DNA from: Aquaticitalea sp.
GTDB taxonomy: Bacteria > Bacteroidota > Bacteroidia > Flavobacteriales > Flavobacteriaceae
Assembly (NCBI GenBank): GCA_051252455.1
Contig: JBPOFM010000001.1
Location: forward strand, 374,145 to 438,144
Length of the DNA stretch: 64,000 nt
Direction: 5' to 3'
This document shows positions 9,881 to 18,741 of the stretch, piece by piece. The notes under the pieces are model-generated. The model was not told the DNA's origin. It ran no database searches and saw nothing but the letters and a program-made list of their open reading frames with translations. How positions within the stretch are numbered: the stretch's first letter is position 1; each line of letters begins with the position of its first letter. The translations under genes were made by a program, and so were the position numbers.

Positions 9881-10345
9881 TTAATGACTTTTTTTAAAGC
9901 CCTTCTGAAAACGTTCACCTTTTGCCAGAAGGATCTGTTGATCTTCTGACGTTGTGTTTGTTTCTGAAATTACCCTTCCTTTTTTTAAATAAATTGTTTT
10001 GATATTATTGCCTGAATTTGACTGGAGATAAATTAGGTCATTATCCTTGAAATAATAGGTTTCAGTGGTGGTGCTTTCCGTTTTTTCAACATTTTTTATT
10101 TTGAAAAGTTCATTGGTATTTATATCATAATAAATCGTGTATGTAAAAGATCCGATATCTTTAAAGCCTTCGGCATCTGTAAGCGCACCTTCCGTTACTT
10201 CTGTTTTGAGATTTTCATTACTATCCACTTGCGACATATAGTTTTTGGTTTCTGCGAGAATCGCGTTGGAATTCTTGCCTACTTTCGGTCCACATGAATA
10301 GACGACGGAGATAATGATCAATGCTATGATGGATTTGAATTTCAT
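9881..10345 (-). CDS. hypothetical lipoprotein
   Basis: Signal peptide plus lipobox (…VVYSC-GPK). No known domain. Confidence 0.5.
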   Translation of the reverse strand: MKFKSIIALIIISVVYSCGPKVGKNSNAILAETKNYMSQVDSNENLKTEVTEGALTDAEGFKDIGSFTYTIYYDINTNELFKIKNVEKTESTTTETYYFKDNDLIYLQSNSGNNIKTIYLKKGRVISETNTTSEDQQILLAKGERFQKGFKKSH

Positions 10346-10355
10346 ATATAATTTT

Positions 10356-11714
10356 TTAAACGATAAAACTCACTAAATCTTCGATTTTTGAAATGAGCTG
10401 AACTTTAATGGTTGTATTCTTTAATGCGATTTTATTATATTTCGATACAAAAATAGTTGAAAATCCCAGTTTTTCGGCTTCTAAAATACGTTGTTCCACT
10501 CGTTGAACAGGTCTAATTTCACCAGACAGTCCAACTTCTGCCGCAAAACAATAATCCTTTGGGATGGCAACATCTTCATTGGAAGATAAAATAGAGGCCA
10601 CCACTGCTAAATCTATGGAAGGATCGTCAACGGTAATTCCGCCAGTAATATTCAAGAAAACATCTTTTGCACCCAAACGAAAACCTGCACGTTTTTCAAG
10701 AACTGCCAATAGCATATTCAAGCGTTTCGCATTAAAACCTGTGGCACTTCTTTGTGGCGTACCATAAACAGCAGTACTCACCAAGGCTTGCACTTCAATC
10801 AACAAAGGACGAACGCCTTCGAGCGTTGCTGCCACCGCATTTCCGCTTAACTCATCATCTTTTTTAGAAATTAATATTTCTGATGGATTACTGACTTCTC
10901 TTAAACCTGTGCCTTGCATTTCGTAAATGCCTAATTCGTGTGTGGAACCAAATCGGTTTTTATTGGCACGTAGAATTCTGAAAACATGATTTCGATCGCC
11001 TTCAAACTGCAAAACAGTATCCACCATATGCTCTAAAATTTTTGGCCCTGCAATGTTACCATCTTTTGTGATATGACCGATCAAAATTACAGGAGTTGCA
11101 GTTTCTTTTGCGAATTTTATCAATTCGGTCGTGCATTCCTTGATTTGGGAAATACTTCCAGAAGATGATTCGATATAATCGCTGTGCAATGTTTGGATGG
11201 AATCGATGACGACGATGTCTGGCTCCAACGCTTCAATTTGCTTAAAAATGTTTTGTGTTTTGGTTTCGGTAAGAATGTAGCAATTATCACTATTTGGATT
11301 GATGCGCTCTGCTCGCATCTTTATTTGCTTTTGGCTTTCCTCGCCGGACACATAAAGTGTCTTATATGGAAGTTTCAATGCGATTTGAAGCATCAAGGTG
11401 CTTTTTCCAATTCCTGGTTCGCCACCTAAAAGAATTAATGAACCTGGCACAATGCCTCCGCCAAGTACCCGATTGAATTCATCATCCAACGAGTTCATTC
11501 GCGCATCTTGGGACGAATCAATTTCGTTAATTCTTAAGGGTTTTGAAACGCGCTTTACAGTTGAAGTTGGTGTTTTCCAATCGCTCTTTTCAGCCTTTTG
11601 AATCACTTCCTCAACAATGGTATTCCATTCTTTGCAAGCCGTACATTGGCCTTGCCACTTGGAGTATTGCGTGCCACAATTTTGACAGAAAAAAGTTGTT
11701 TTTACTTTAGCCAC
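10356..11714 (-). CDS. radA: DNA repair protein RadA (Sms)
   Basis: N-terminal C4 zinc finger (FFCQNCGTQYSKWQGQCTACKEW), Walker A (GGEPGIGKSTL), the KNRFG motif and a C-terminal Lon-like domain. Confidence 0.9.
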   Translation of the reverse strand: MAKVKTTFFCQNCGTQYSKWQGQCTACKEWNTIVEEVIQKAEKSDWKTPTSTVKRVSKPLRINEIDSSQDARMNSLDDEFNRVLGGGIVPGSLILLGGEPGIGKSTLMLQIALKLPYKTLYVSGEESQKQIKMRAERINPNSDNCYILTETKTQNIFKQIEALEPDIVVIDSIQTLHSDYIESSSGSISQIKECTTELIKFAKETATPVILIGHITKDGNIAGPKILEHMVDTVLQFEGDRNHVFRILRANKNRFGSTHELGIYEMQGTGLREVSNPSEILISKKDDELSGNAVAATLEGVRPLLIEVQALVSTAVYGTPQRSATGFNAKRLNMLLAVLEKRAGFRLGAKDVFLNITGGITVDDPSIDLAVVASILSSNEDVAIPKDYCFAAEVGLSGEIRPVQRVEQRILEAEKLGFSTIFVSKYNKIALKNTTIKVQLISKIEDLVSFIV

Positions 11715-11796
11715 TTAAAATTATTTGGGCTAAAATAACCATATTTTTGCATTTAGAATTAGTAATGAATTGTATTCTTTTGTTAAATACCTAACC

Positions 11797-12960
11797 TCAA
11801 TCTTTTTCCTCTGTTTCTTCAGCAGCCAATTTTAATTTCTCCACTTGTGACATAAGAAACTCCTTGTTGAATTGTGGATTTTCTTCCATTGCCAAGGCTT
11901 CTTCGTATAATTTTGTGGCTTTTTTCATCTTTCCGATTTTTTCGGCATGTAGCGCCAAATAATAGGTGCCTAAAGAAGATTCAGGTAATTTTCTAGTCGC
12001 CAGTTTTCCTAACTTTTCTAAAGACTCAAGATCCTCTCTTTCATCAGCAAGTTTTACTACCTTTTCAAATTCAACTTCGGGAATTGGTTTATGTATTCCA
12101 AATAAATATTCAATTCGATCATATCGCTTTTCTAAATATTTATCGAGAGTTCCTTCGTAGGTTAGAACTTTTTCATTGAGCTCCTTTTCACGCAACGGTT
12201 TATAGATGTCGAAGATCTGTTCCAACGCTTTTGATAACGCTCCTGTGACCATTGAGTAATGTGAATCTCCTAACAATTCATCAAAATAATAGGTCAAAGC
12301 TTTATTATCTGTGGTTTTTAATTGATCATTCGTTGCCAAGATGGTCTTACGAAGTGAAGCACTTTCACCATCACTTGTCGCTAAATAATAGAAGACATCA
12401 TCTTTAATATATTTAACGCGATTGACGACATTCTCATTCATATTGCCTTGAAAATCTGGACTCAAGTTAATATATGCTTGAAAGGCAGATTTTTCACTAA
12501 GTAGAAATGAATTGATAAAATTCCCCATGATATCATGACCAACGGCCACTCTAAACTTGCTCGTATTATATTTTGAATCGATGTATGGAAGCAATTCTTC
12601 ACCAACAAACTGATAAAAACGCGCTCCAGATTCGATTGGCAATCCTGTTACTTCATCCGAATAACTGTCATAAAAACGCTCGTAACCTTGCACCACACCA
12701 ACCACTATGGACTCTGGCATTCCGTCAAAATAGGTTTGATAACTGACTTGGCCTACGACTGGTTCAAACAAATAGTCGCCATCGAAAACGACGATTACAG
12801 GATGTTTTACTGTTGATGTTGGATCGTAATTTTTTGGAAGTTTAATTTTTAATTGTCTTGTTGTGTTCAACTTTCTAGATTCAAATTTTTCGTATTTGAT
12901 CTGTGCAGAAACAGCAAAAGTCAACAAAAAGCAGGCGACAAAAGTTAGGGCTTTTTTCAT
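11797..12960 (-). CDS. Secreted esterase-family (PF00756-like alpha/beta hydrolase) protein with C-terminal helical extension
   Basis: Signal peptide. Conserved N-terminal block '…LPKNYDP…HPVIVVFDGDYLFEPVVGQV…' typical of the 'putative esterase' family. The Lys/Glu-rich helical C-terminus looks TPR-like. Confidence 0.6.
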   Translation of the reverse strand: MKKALTFVACFLLTFAVSAQIKYEKFESRKLNTTRQLKIKLPKNYDPTSTVKHPVIVVFDGDYLFEPVVGQVSYQTYFDGMPESIVVGVVQGYERFYDSYSDEVTGLPIESGARFYQFVGEELLPYIDSKYNTSKFRVAVGHDIMGNFINSFLLSEKSAFQAYINLSPDFQGNMNENVVNRVKYIKDDVFYYLATSDGESASLRKTILATNDQLKTTDNKALTYYFDELLGDSHYSMVTGALSKALEQIFDIYKPLREKELNEKVLTYEGTLDKYLEKRYDRIEYLFGIHKPIPEVEFEKVVKLADEREDLESLEKLGKLATRKLPESSLGTYYLALHAEKIGKMKKATKLYEEALAMEENPQFNKEFLMSQVEKLKLAAEETEEKD

Positions 12961-13059
12961 CGGTATATTATTTTAGATTAGGGGTTGTAAATATACCTAA
13001 AAAATGTAAATATTGGATAATCTACCAATATTTTCGATGAAATGCACGTTATTGATTTT

Positions 13060-14226
13060 TTATTGGTCCTGAATGGCATAAATTTTATCGAGCAAAATGT
13101 CCTTGTCGATAAATTCAGACGGCTCTAATAGTAGTCCAGAATTATAATATTGTAGCGCCTTTTTTAGGTTGTTATCCTTTTCGTGATACATCCCTTGATA
13201 ATAAGCACTAATCATAGATTCTGAATATTCTTTCTTTGCCAATTTTGAAAGTTCCTTGAGAGACTCCAAATCATCCTTCTTATTGGAAGCTGCAGCAATG
13301 GCCTTGAAATCATTTTCCACTACTTTTTTCTCAAAGCCGTAGAAAAATTCAATATCCTTATACTTCTTTTCCAAATACTCAAAAGGAGATCCTTCATAAG
13401 TCAGAACTTTTTCATTGTACTCCTTCATATTGATGGGTTTGTAAAGATCAAAAATTTGGTTGAGCGCTTTTGGAATGCCCAAACCCACCATAGAATAGTG
13501 GTCCGCATCTTTGAAATTATCAAACCTGTAGTGGATCTTTGGATTGTCAACTGTTTTTAATAATGCATCTGCTTCAACAATGGTTTTATTCAAACTTGCA
13601 ATATCGTTATCTGCTGTCGCCAAATAGAAAAATGTATCAACATCTAATGTCCCTAAACGTTGTTGCAGTCTCGAACTCATTTCTGGTGCCAAATCTGGGC
13701 TGAAAGATACAAATGCTCGATACATCGGCTTATCTTTAAATAAATAATAGTTAAGGAAATTAGCGCTCATATCGTGTCCCATTACGATTCTAAATTCAGA
13801 CACCCTATACTTGTTTTCAATATACGGGACCAACTCCATGCCTAAAAACTCAAAAAAATCAGCACCGTCTTGTGAGGGAAAAAATTGTGATGCGTCATAA
13901 AAGAAATCCTTTTGTCTTGTGGTACTTTGATTTACACCCACAACAATACATTTTGGCATTTCGCCCCAATAAGATTGATAATCAACATTTCCTGTAACGG
14001 GTTCAAATAGATAATCGCCATCCAAAACTATGATTAATGGATATTCAATGCTCTCTTCCGGATTATAATTTCTAGGAAGTTGGATTTTTATGTCTCTAGA
14101 TTCTCCCAGCTTTGAGGACTGAAATGTTTCATAGATAGCTTGTGAATTCACTTGAAGGGAACACAATATAAAAAACAAAATTGTAATACGTTTGAACATA
14201 ATAAGATGAATTATAAAGCGATGCAA
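13060..14226 (-). CDS. Secreted esterase-family protein, paralog of 11797..12960
   Basis: Same architecture and clearly homologous blocks ('…LPRNYNPEESIEYPLIIVLDGDYLFEPVTGNV…', 'YEKVLTYEG', 'YLEKKY'). An alternative start lies at the internal Met (nt 14199). Confidence 0.6.
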   Translation of the reverse strand: MHRFIIHLIMFKRITILFFILCSLQVNSQAIYETFQSSKLGESRDIKIQLPRNYNPEESIEYPLIIVLDGDYLFEPVTGNVDYQSYWGEMPKCIVVGVNQSTTRQKDFFYDASQFFPSQDGADFFEFLGMELVPYIENKYRVSEFRIVMGHDMSANFLNYYLFKDKPMYRAFVSFSPDLAPEMSSRLQQRLGTLDVDTFFYLATADNDIASLNKTIVEADALLKTVDNPKIHYRFDNFKDADHYSMVGLGIPKALNQIFDLYKPINMKEYNEKVLTYEGSPFEYLEKKYKDIEFFYGFEKKVVENDFKAIAAASNKKDDLESLKELSKLAKKEYSESMISAYYQGMYHEKDNNLKKALQYYNSGLLLEPSEFIDKDILLDKIYAIQDQ

Positions 14227-14235
14227 TTTAATTAA

Positions 14236-15189
14236 TTATTTGATTCTATTGTAAATAGGCAGCAATAGAAACGACAAACTACCAAAAATAATGATCATCA
14301 ATGTCTGAGACGACCACATAATCCAACCAAAAGCAACACTTGGATTTTCCGGAATTAAAAATAGTGAAAATGCTGCCGCGATAGCTAAAGGATACACAAA
14401 AATACCACCATTAGTCGCTGCAATGGTAAAGCTGCCTGCTATAAAAGCGATTAAAATGGCACCCACAGAAATACCATTTAAATCATCGACTGCAAAAGTG
14501 GTGATGTAAAACATTAGCAGATACATAGACCAAATAAAGAGGGTATGGAAAATAAAGGCCCACTTATGTTTCATTTTAAATATACTCATAATTCCTTCTA
14601 ACAATCCCTTGAAAAAAGTTTTTACTTTAAGGGCGAATTTTGATGTACTTCTTTTTAAATAGATTGCCAAGAATCCAAATAGACCAAGAGCTAACAAACC
14701 AGCTATAACTAATAATTTAGGCTGAAACGATTTTTCAAGAATCGTATAAATAAAGTCAAATTGAAGGACGAGTGTGACAGCAACTATAAATAGTAAGATA
14801 ATGAAATCGGCAACACGTTCAGCAACAATAGTTCCAAACGCTTTTTCAAATGGTACACCTTCATAATTTGTCAAAACCGCTGCTCGCAAAACCTCTCCTG
14901 ATCTTGGGATGCCATAATTGGCAAGATATGTTATAAAAACAGCCATCACACTATTTGGAAATTTCACAGTGTAGTTTAATGGCTCCAATTGATATTTCCA
15001 ACGATATGCTCTTGAAAGATGGCTTAACAAACCACATATCATTCCTAATGCAATCCAGCCATAATGAGCTTTTTTAAAGTACGGAAGGATCTCATCAATT
15101 GGTAGTTTTGAAAACGTGTACCACCCAAAAAAAACCGCTAACAGGAGCGGAACGGCAATTCGTAAAATCTTTCTAGTCTTGTTATCCAA
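14236..15189 (-). CDS. Lysylphosphatidylglycerol-synthase TM-region / flippase-like (UPF0104) integral membrane protein
   Basis: 317 aa, polytopic, with a family-typical N-terminus (…RIAVPLLLAVFFGWYTFSKLP…HLSRAYRWKYQL…). No C-terminal synthase domain. Confidence 0.6.
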   Translation of the reverse strand: MDNKTRKILRIAVPLLLAVFFGWYTFSKLPIDEILPYFKKAHYGWIALGMICGLLSHLSRAYRWKYQLEPLNYTVKFPNSVMAVFITYLANYGIPRSGEVLRAAVLTNYEGVPFEKAFGTIVAERVADFIILLFIVAVTLVLQFDFIYTILEKSFQPKLLVIAGLLALGLFGFLAIYLKRSTSKFALKVKTFFKGLLEGIMSIFKMKHKWAFIFHTLFIWSMYLLMFYITTFAVDDLNGISVGAILIAFIAGSFTIAATNGGIFVYPLAIAAAFSLFLIPENPSVAFGWIMWSSQTLMIIIFGSLSFLLLPIYNRIK

Positions 15190-15224
15190 ATTGCTTCAAT
15201 GAATTATTGGAATGGCAAAGATAC

Positions 15225-16073
15225 TTAATTTAAAGCCAGGTTATCAATCAATCGAATATCATCGGCAAATACTGCAATAAATATTCTATAAGACTTATTT
15301 TCTGATTTTCGGCGTACAGTTTTCAAGGAAACCTCATCTGCAATGATTACATATTCAAGTTGTAATAAATTATGCTGGGCAAACTCCTCTTGGACCCATT
15401 CCGTAACAGTGTCAGGACTTTGTGTCTTAAATAATTCCTTCGCTTCTTTTAAAGTTTTAAATATGAAGGGTGCAGCTTTTCGATATTCGGGTTTTAGGCG
15501 TTCGTTGCGCGAACTCATTGCTAAACCATCTTTTTCACGAAATATATCACATCCGACGATTTTCACATCAAGCGCATAGTTTTCGACCAGTTTTTCGATA
15601 ATTCGCAATTGCTGAAAATCTTTCTTACCAAAATACGCATGGTCAGGTTGTACAATTTCTAACAGACGCTTTACAATCGTTCCAACGCCATTAAAATGTC
15701 CTCGCCGAAATTTACCTTCCATTTCATGCTCCAATCCGTCAAATTGAAAGTTTTCAGAGCTCACATCCTTACCGTAAATGTCATCCACAGTAGGCGCATA
15801 CACAATTATTTTTTCATCCAATGTTTTCATAAGGTTGACATCTCGCTCCAAAGTGCGTGGATATCTTTTAAGATCTTCCTGATTGTCAAATTGTGTAGGA
15901 TTTACAAATATACTTACCACCGTTACATCGTTTTGGCCCATCGATTGTTCAATCAAGGATAGATGACCTTTATGCAAAGCGCCCATCGTAGGAACAAAAC
16001 CAATTGCTTTATTTTGAGATTTTAGAGTCTCAATTATTGGATTGAATTCTTTGGTTTGATTATAAATTTTCAT
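15225..16073 (-). CDS. panC: Pantoate--beta-alanine ligase
   Basis: Conserved '…GFVPTMGALHKGHLSLI…' and '…VFGKKDFQQL…' blocks. 282 aa. Confidence 0.9.
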   Translation of the reverse strand: MKIYNQTKEFNPIIETLKSQNKAIGFVPTMGALHKGHLSLIEQSMGQNDVTVVSIFVNPTQFDNQEDLKRYPRTLERDVNLMKTLDEKIIVYAPTVDDIYGKDVSSENFQFDGLEHEMEGKFRRGHFNGVGTIVKRLLEIVQPDHAYFGKKDFQQLRIIEKLVENYALDVKIVGCDIFREKDGLAMSSRNERLKPEYRKAAPFIFKTLKEAKELFKTQSPDTVTEWVQEEFAQHNLLQLEYVIIADEVSLKTVRRKSENKSYRIFIAVFADDIRLIDNLALN

Positions 16074-16265
16074 GTTCTAACAAAACATTAACAGCCTGCA
16101 AACATAATATTTTACAAACAATTTGCATAAAATTTCGTAATTTTGCGTGTTTTTGATTATAATTTTTCGGTTCATCATTTTACTTTGGAAGGATTTTTAA
16201 TTGTAACACTTAAAAACAAACATATTTTTTTCTAATTGAAGATTAAAAACAATAAATAAAGCTAT

Positions 16266-17075
16266 ATGAAAGATAAGAGAATATTGTACGTGTCTTCCGA
16301 GGTTGTGCCCTATTTACCAGAAACAGAGATTTCATCCATGTCATTTGAAGCTCCGCGGATGGTTAACAAACAAGGTGGACAAATACGAATATTCATGCCG
16401 AGATACGGAAACATCAACGAACGTAGACATCAATTGCACGAAGTTATCCGTTTATCCGGTATAAATTTAGTCATCAACGATTTAGATATGCCTTTGATTA
16501 TTAAGGTTGCATCCATTCCAAAAGAACGTATTCAGGTTTACTTTATCGATAATGAGGATTATTTTAAACGTAAAGCGACATTAACCGACGAAGAAGGTGT
16601 TATGTATCCTGACAATGATGAACGTGCTATCTTTTTTGCTAAAGGTGTTATCGAAACAGTTAAAAAATTAAATTGGTCTCCAGACATTATTCATGTCAAT
16701 GGATGGTTAGCTTCCTTATTGCCATTGTATCTTAAAGAGTATTATAAAAATGAACCATTATTCAGTGACAGTAAAATTGTGACCTCTGTATACAATCAAA
16801 GCTTTGATGGTACGTTAGATACTAATATGATCAATAAAATAAAATTTGACAATATTGACGAAGAGCTTATCAAATCACTTGAAAAACCTACGTACAATAA
16901 CATCATGAAAATCGCTATCGATCATTCTGATGCGTTGATAAAAGGTTCGGCTGACATTCCAAAAGAGCTCGAAGATTATTTAGATGCTTCTAAAAAACCA
17001 GTATTAGAGTATTATTCTTTAGAGGAATTTGCAGATCCCTATGCTGAATTCTACAAAACACAAGTATTAAATTAG
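16266..17075 (+). CDS. Short glycogen/starch-synthase-like protein (GT5 N-terminal domain only)
   Basis: N-terminus 'KRILYVSSEVVPY…' resembles the GlgA/GT5 start ('KILFVASEVAPF…'). At 269 aa it is far shorter than canonical GlgA. The panC / glgA-like / DUF4270 / glmS arrangement is a conserved Flavobacteriia neighbourhood, as far as I recall. Confidence 0.55.
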   Translation: MKDKRILYVSSEVVPYLPETEISSMSFEAPRMVNKQGGQIRIFMPRYGNINERRHQLHEVIRLSGINLVINDLDMPLIIKVASIPKERIQVYFIDNEDYFKRKATLTDEEGVMYPDNDERAIFFAKGVIETVKKLNWSPDIIHVNGWLASLLPLYLKEYYKNEPLFSDSKIVTSVYNQSFDGTLDTNMINKIKFDNIDEELIKSLEKPTYNNIMKIAIDHSDALIKGSADIPKELEDYLDASKKPVLEYYSLEEFADPYAEFYKTQVLN

Positions 17076-17086
17076 ACACTTTATAA

Positions 17087-18736
17087 ATGAATAAAATAAA
17101 ATTCGCACTAAAGAATGGTGCTATTTTGGCATTACTAATAGGCTCATTTGTAGCCTGTGATAAGGATTACGCAACCATAGGTTCGGACATCATTGGGGGA
17201 AACAATTTTGATGTAGAAAGCACTAAAGAATACTCTGTTGTGGCCTACACTAATCCTTTGACCCCGTTAAAGTCGGTGCAGACAAACGGTCTTCCTATTA
17301 ATTATTTAGGAGCCTATAACGACGAGACTTATGGTTTAACAACCGCAAGTTTTGTGAGTCAAATGGGCATTTCATACGAACCTGATTTTGGAGATGATGT
17401 AAAAATGGATTCTGTAGTTCTTACTATCCCATATTTCAGCACAAGAACTAGCATTACTGACGAAGGAGAAACAATTTACAGTTTGGATTCTATTTTTGGT
17501 GATGGTCGAATTAATATAGAACTTTTCGAAAATAAATTTTTTCTTAATACGGTGGATCCTAATTCGGAGTTTGATATGCCTTTGGCCTATTATTCAAATA
17601 TGTCGACGGCCAATAACACAATCAGCACAGCACTTTTGGAAGGTGAACCAATTCCCTTGGCAGCTTCAGATGTGAATTCATTGACTAATTTCAAGCCAAG
17701 TGCAGATGAAATTCAGCTGTGGGACACGGATGATGAAATAACAGAACGTTTAACACCCTCATTACGTGTTAAATTGGATACGACATATTTCAGGTCAAAA
17801 ATCATTGACATGCAAGCAAATGATCCAACCGTTTTAAGTAATGCAAACAATTTTAATAATTATTTCAGAGGCATCTACTTTAAAACTACTGCTATAGACA
17901 ATGATGGGTCTCTTGCGCTTCTTAATTTTAGTTCAACTGCTGCAAACATTACAATTTATTATACGAAAGAATCTACCACTTCTGGTGCAGATAGAGTTGA
18001 ATCAACCTATGCCATGACCTTTTCAGGTAATAAGGTTAATTTTTTAACCAATCAATTCGATTTCACCATTCCCCAAGGCGATCCTATCACAGGTGATCCA
18101 CGCTTATATTTAAAGGGTGGTGAAGGTTCTGTCGCAGTTATAGATTTGTTTAAGGGTGAGACTAATGAAGATGGCTTTTCACCGGAATTTATGGATTTTA
18201 AAAACGCTTTTGTAGATACGGATGCTGATGGTAAGTTTGTTAAAGCAAAACGACTTATCAACGAAGCGAATTTAGTGTTTTTCGTAGACCAAAACATGGT
18301 TGAAGGCAATGAGCCAGATCGTATTTTTCTATATGATTTAACTAACAACGAGCCATTGGTCGATTTTATTTATGATGTAGCAAATACAACAAGTCCTAAT
18401 AGCTCTATAGTAAACCATCTCGGTGTTTTGGAACGTGAAGGAGACGTATCTACTGGAGATGGCATTAAATACAAAATAAGAATTACGGAACATATTAAAA
18501 ATCTTTTACTTAGGGATTCAACCAACGTTAAATTAGGCCTTTCCGTTTCGGCAAATGTTAACCTTGAAAGCGGACTCAATCAATTAAAAGTTCGCACAGC
18601 TGATACGGACATCGTTAATAAAGTCCCCGTGAGTTCAATTTTATCACCACGAGGAACCATTCTTTATGGGAACAACACGGTAGATGAACAAAAAAAGTTA
18701 TATTTAGAGATCTTTTACACCGAACCTAACAATTAA
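17087..18736 (+). CDS. DUF4270-family lipoprotein
   Basis: Signal peptide plus lipobox (…GSFVAC-DKD). 549 aa. Sits between the glgA-like gene and glmS, where DUF4270 proteins are usually found. Confidence 0.5.
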   Translation: MNKIKFALKNGAILALLIGSFVACDKDYATIGSDIIGGNNFDVESTKEYSVVAYTNPLTPLKSVQTNGLPINYLGAYNDETYGLTTASFVSQMGISYEPDFGDDVKMDSVVLTIPYFSTRTSITDEGETIYSLDSIFGDGRINIELFENKFFLNTVDPNSEFDMPLAYYSNMSTANNTISTALLEGEPIPLAASDVNSLTNFKPSADEIQLWDTDDEITERLTPSLRVKLDTTYFRSKIIDMQANDPTVLSNANNFNNYFRGIYFKTTAIDNDGSLALLNFSSTAANITIYYTKESTTSGADRVESTYAMTFSGNKVNFLTNQFDFTIPQGDPITGDPRLYLKGGEGSVAVIDLFKGETNEDGFSPEFMDFKNAFVDTDADGKFVKAKRLINEANLVFFVDQNMVEGNEPDRIFLYDLTNNEPLVDFIYDVANTTSPNSSIVNHLGVLEREGDVSTGDGIKYKIRITEHIKNLLLRDSTNVKLGLSVSANVNLESGLNQLKVRTADTDIVNKVPVSSILSPRGTILYGNNTVDEQKKLYLEIFYTEPNN

Positions 18737-18741
18737 AAAAT

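Noticed and set aside
9866-9898. A-run / tcattaatga palindrome / T-run near the stop of the 9881..10345 lipoprotein gene
   Set aside because: The palindrome is only 10 nt with no loop, giving at best a 3-bp stem. It overlaps the stop codon, so it is too weak to call a terminator.
18737-18741. glmS ribozyme upstream of glmS
   Set aside because: Only 5 nt separate glmS from the preceding CDS. No room for a ribozyme, which is in any case mainly a Firmicutes feature.
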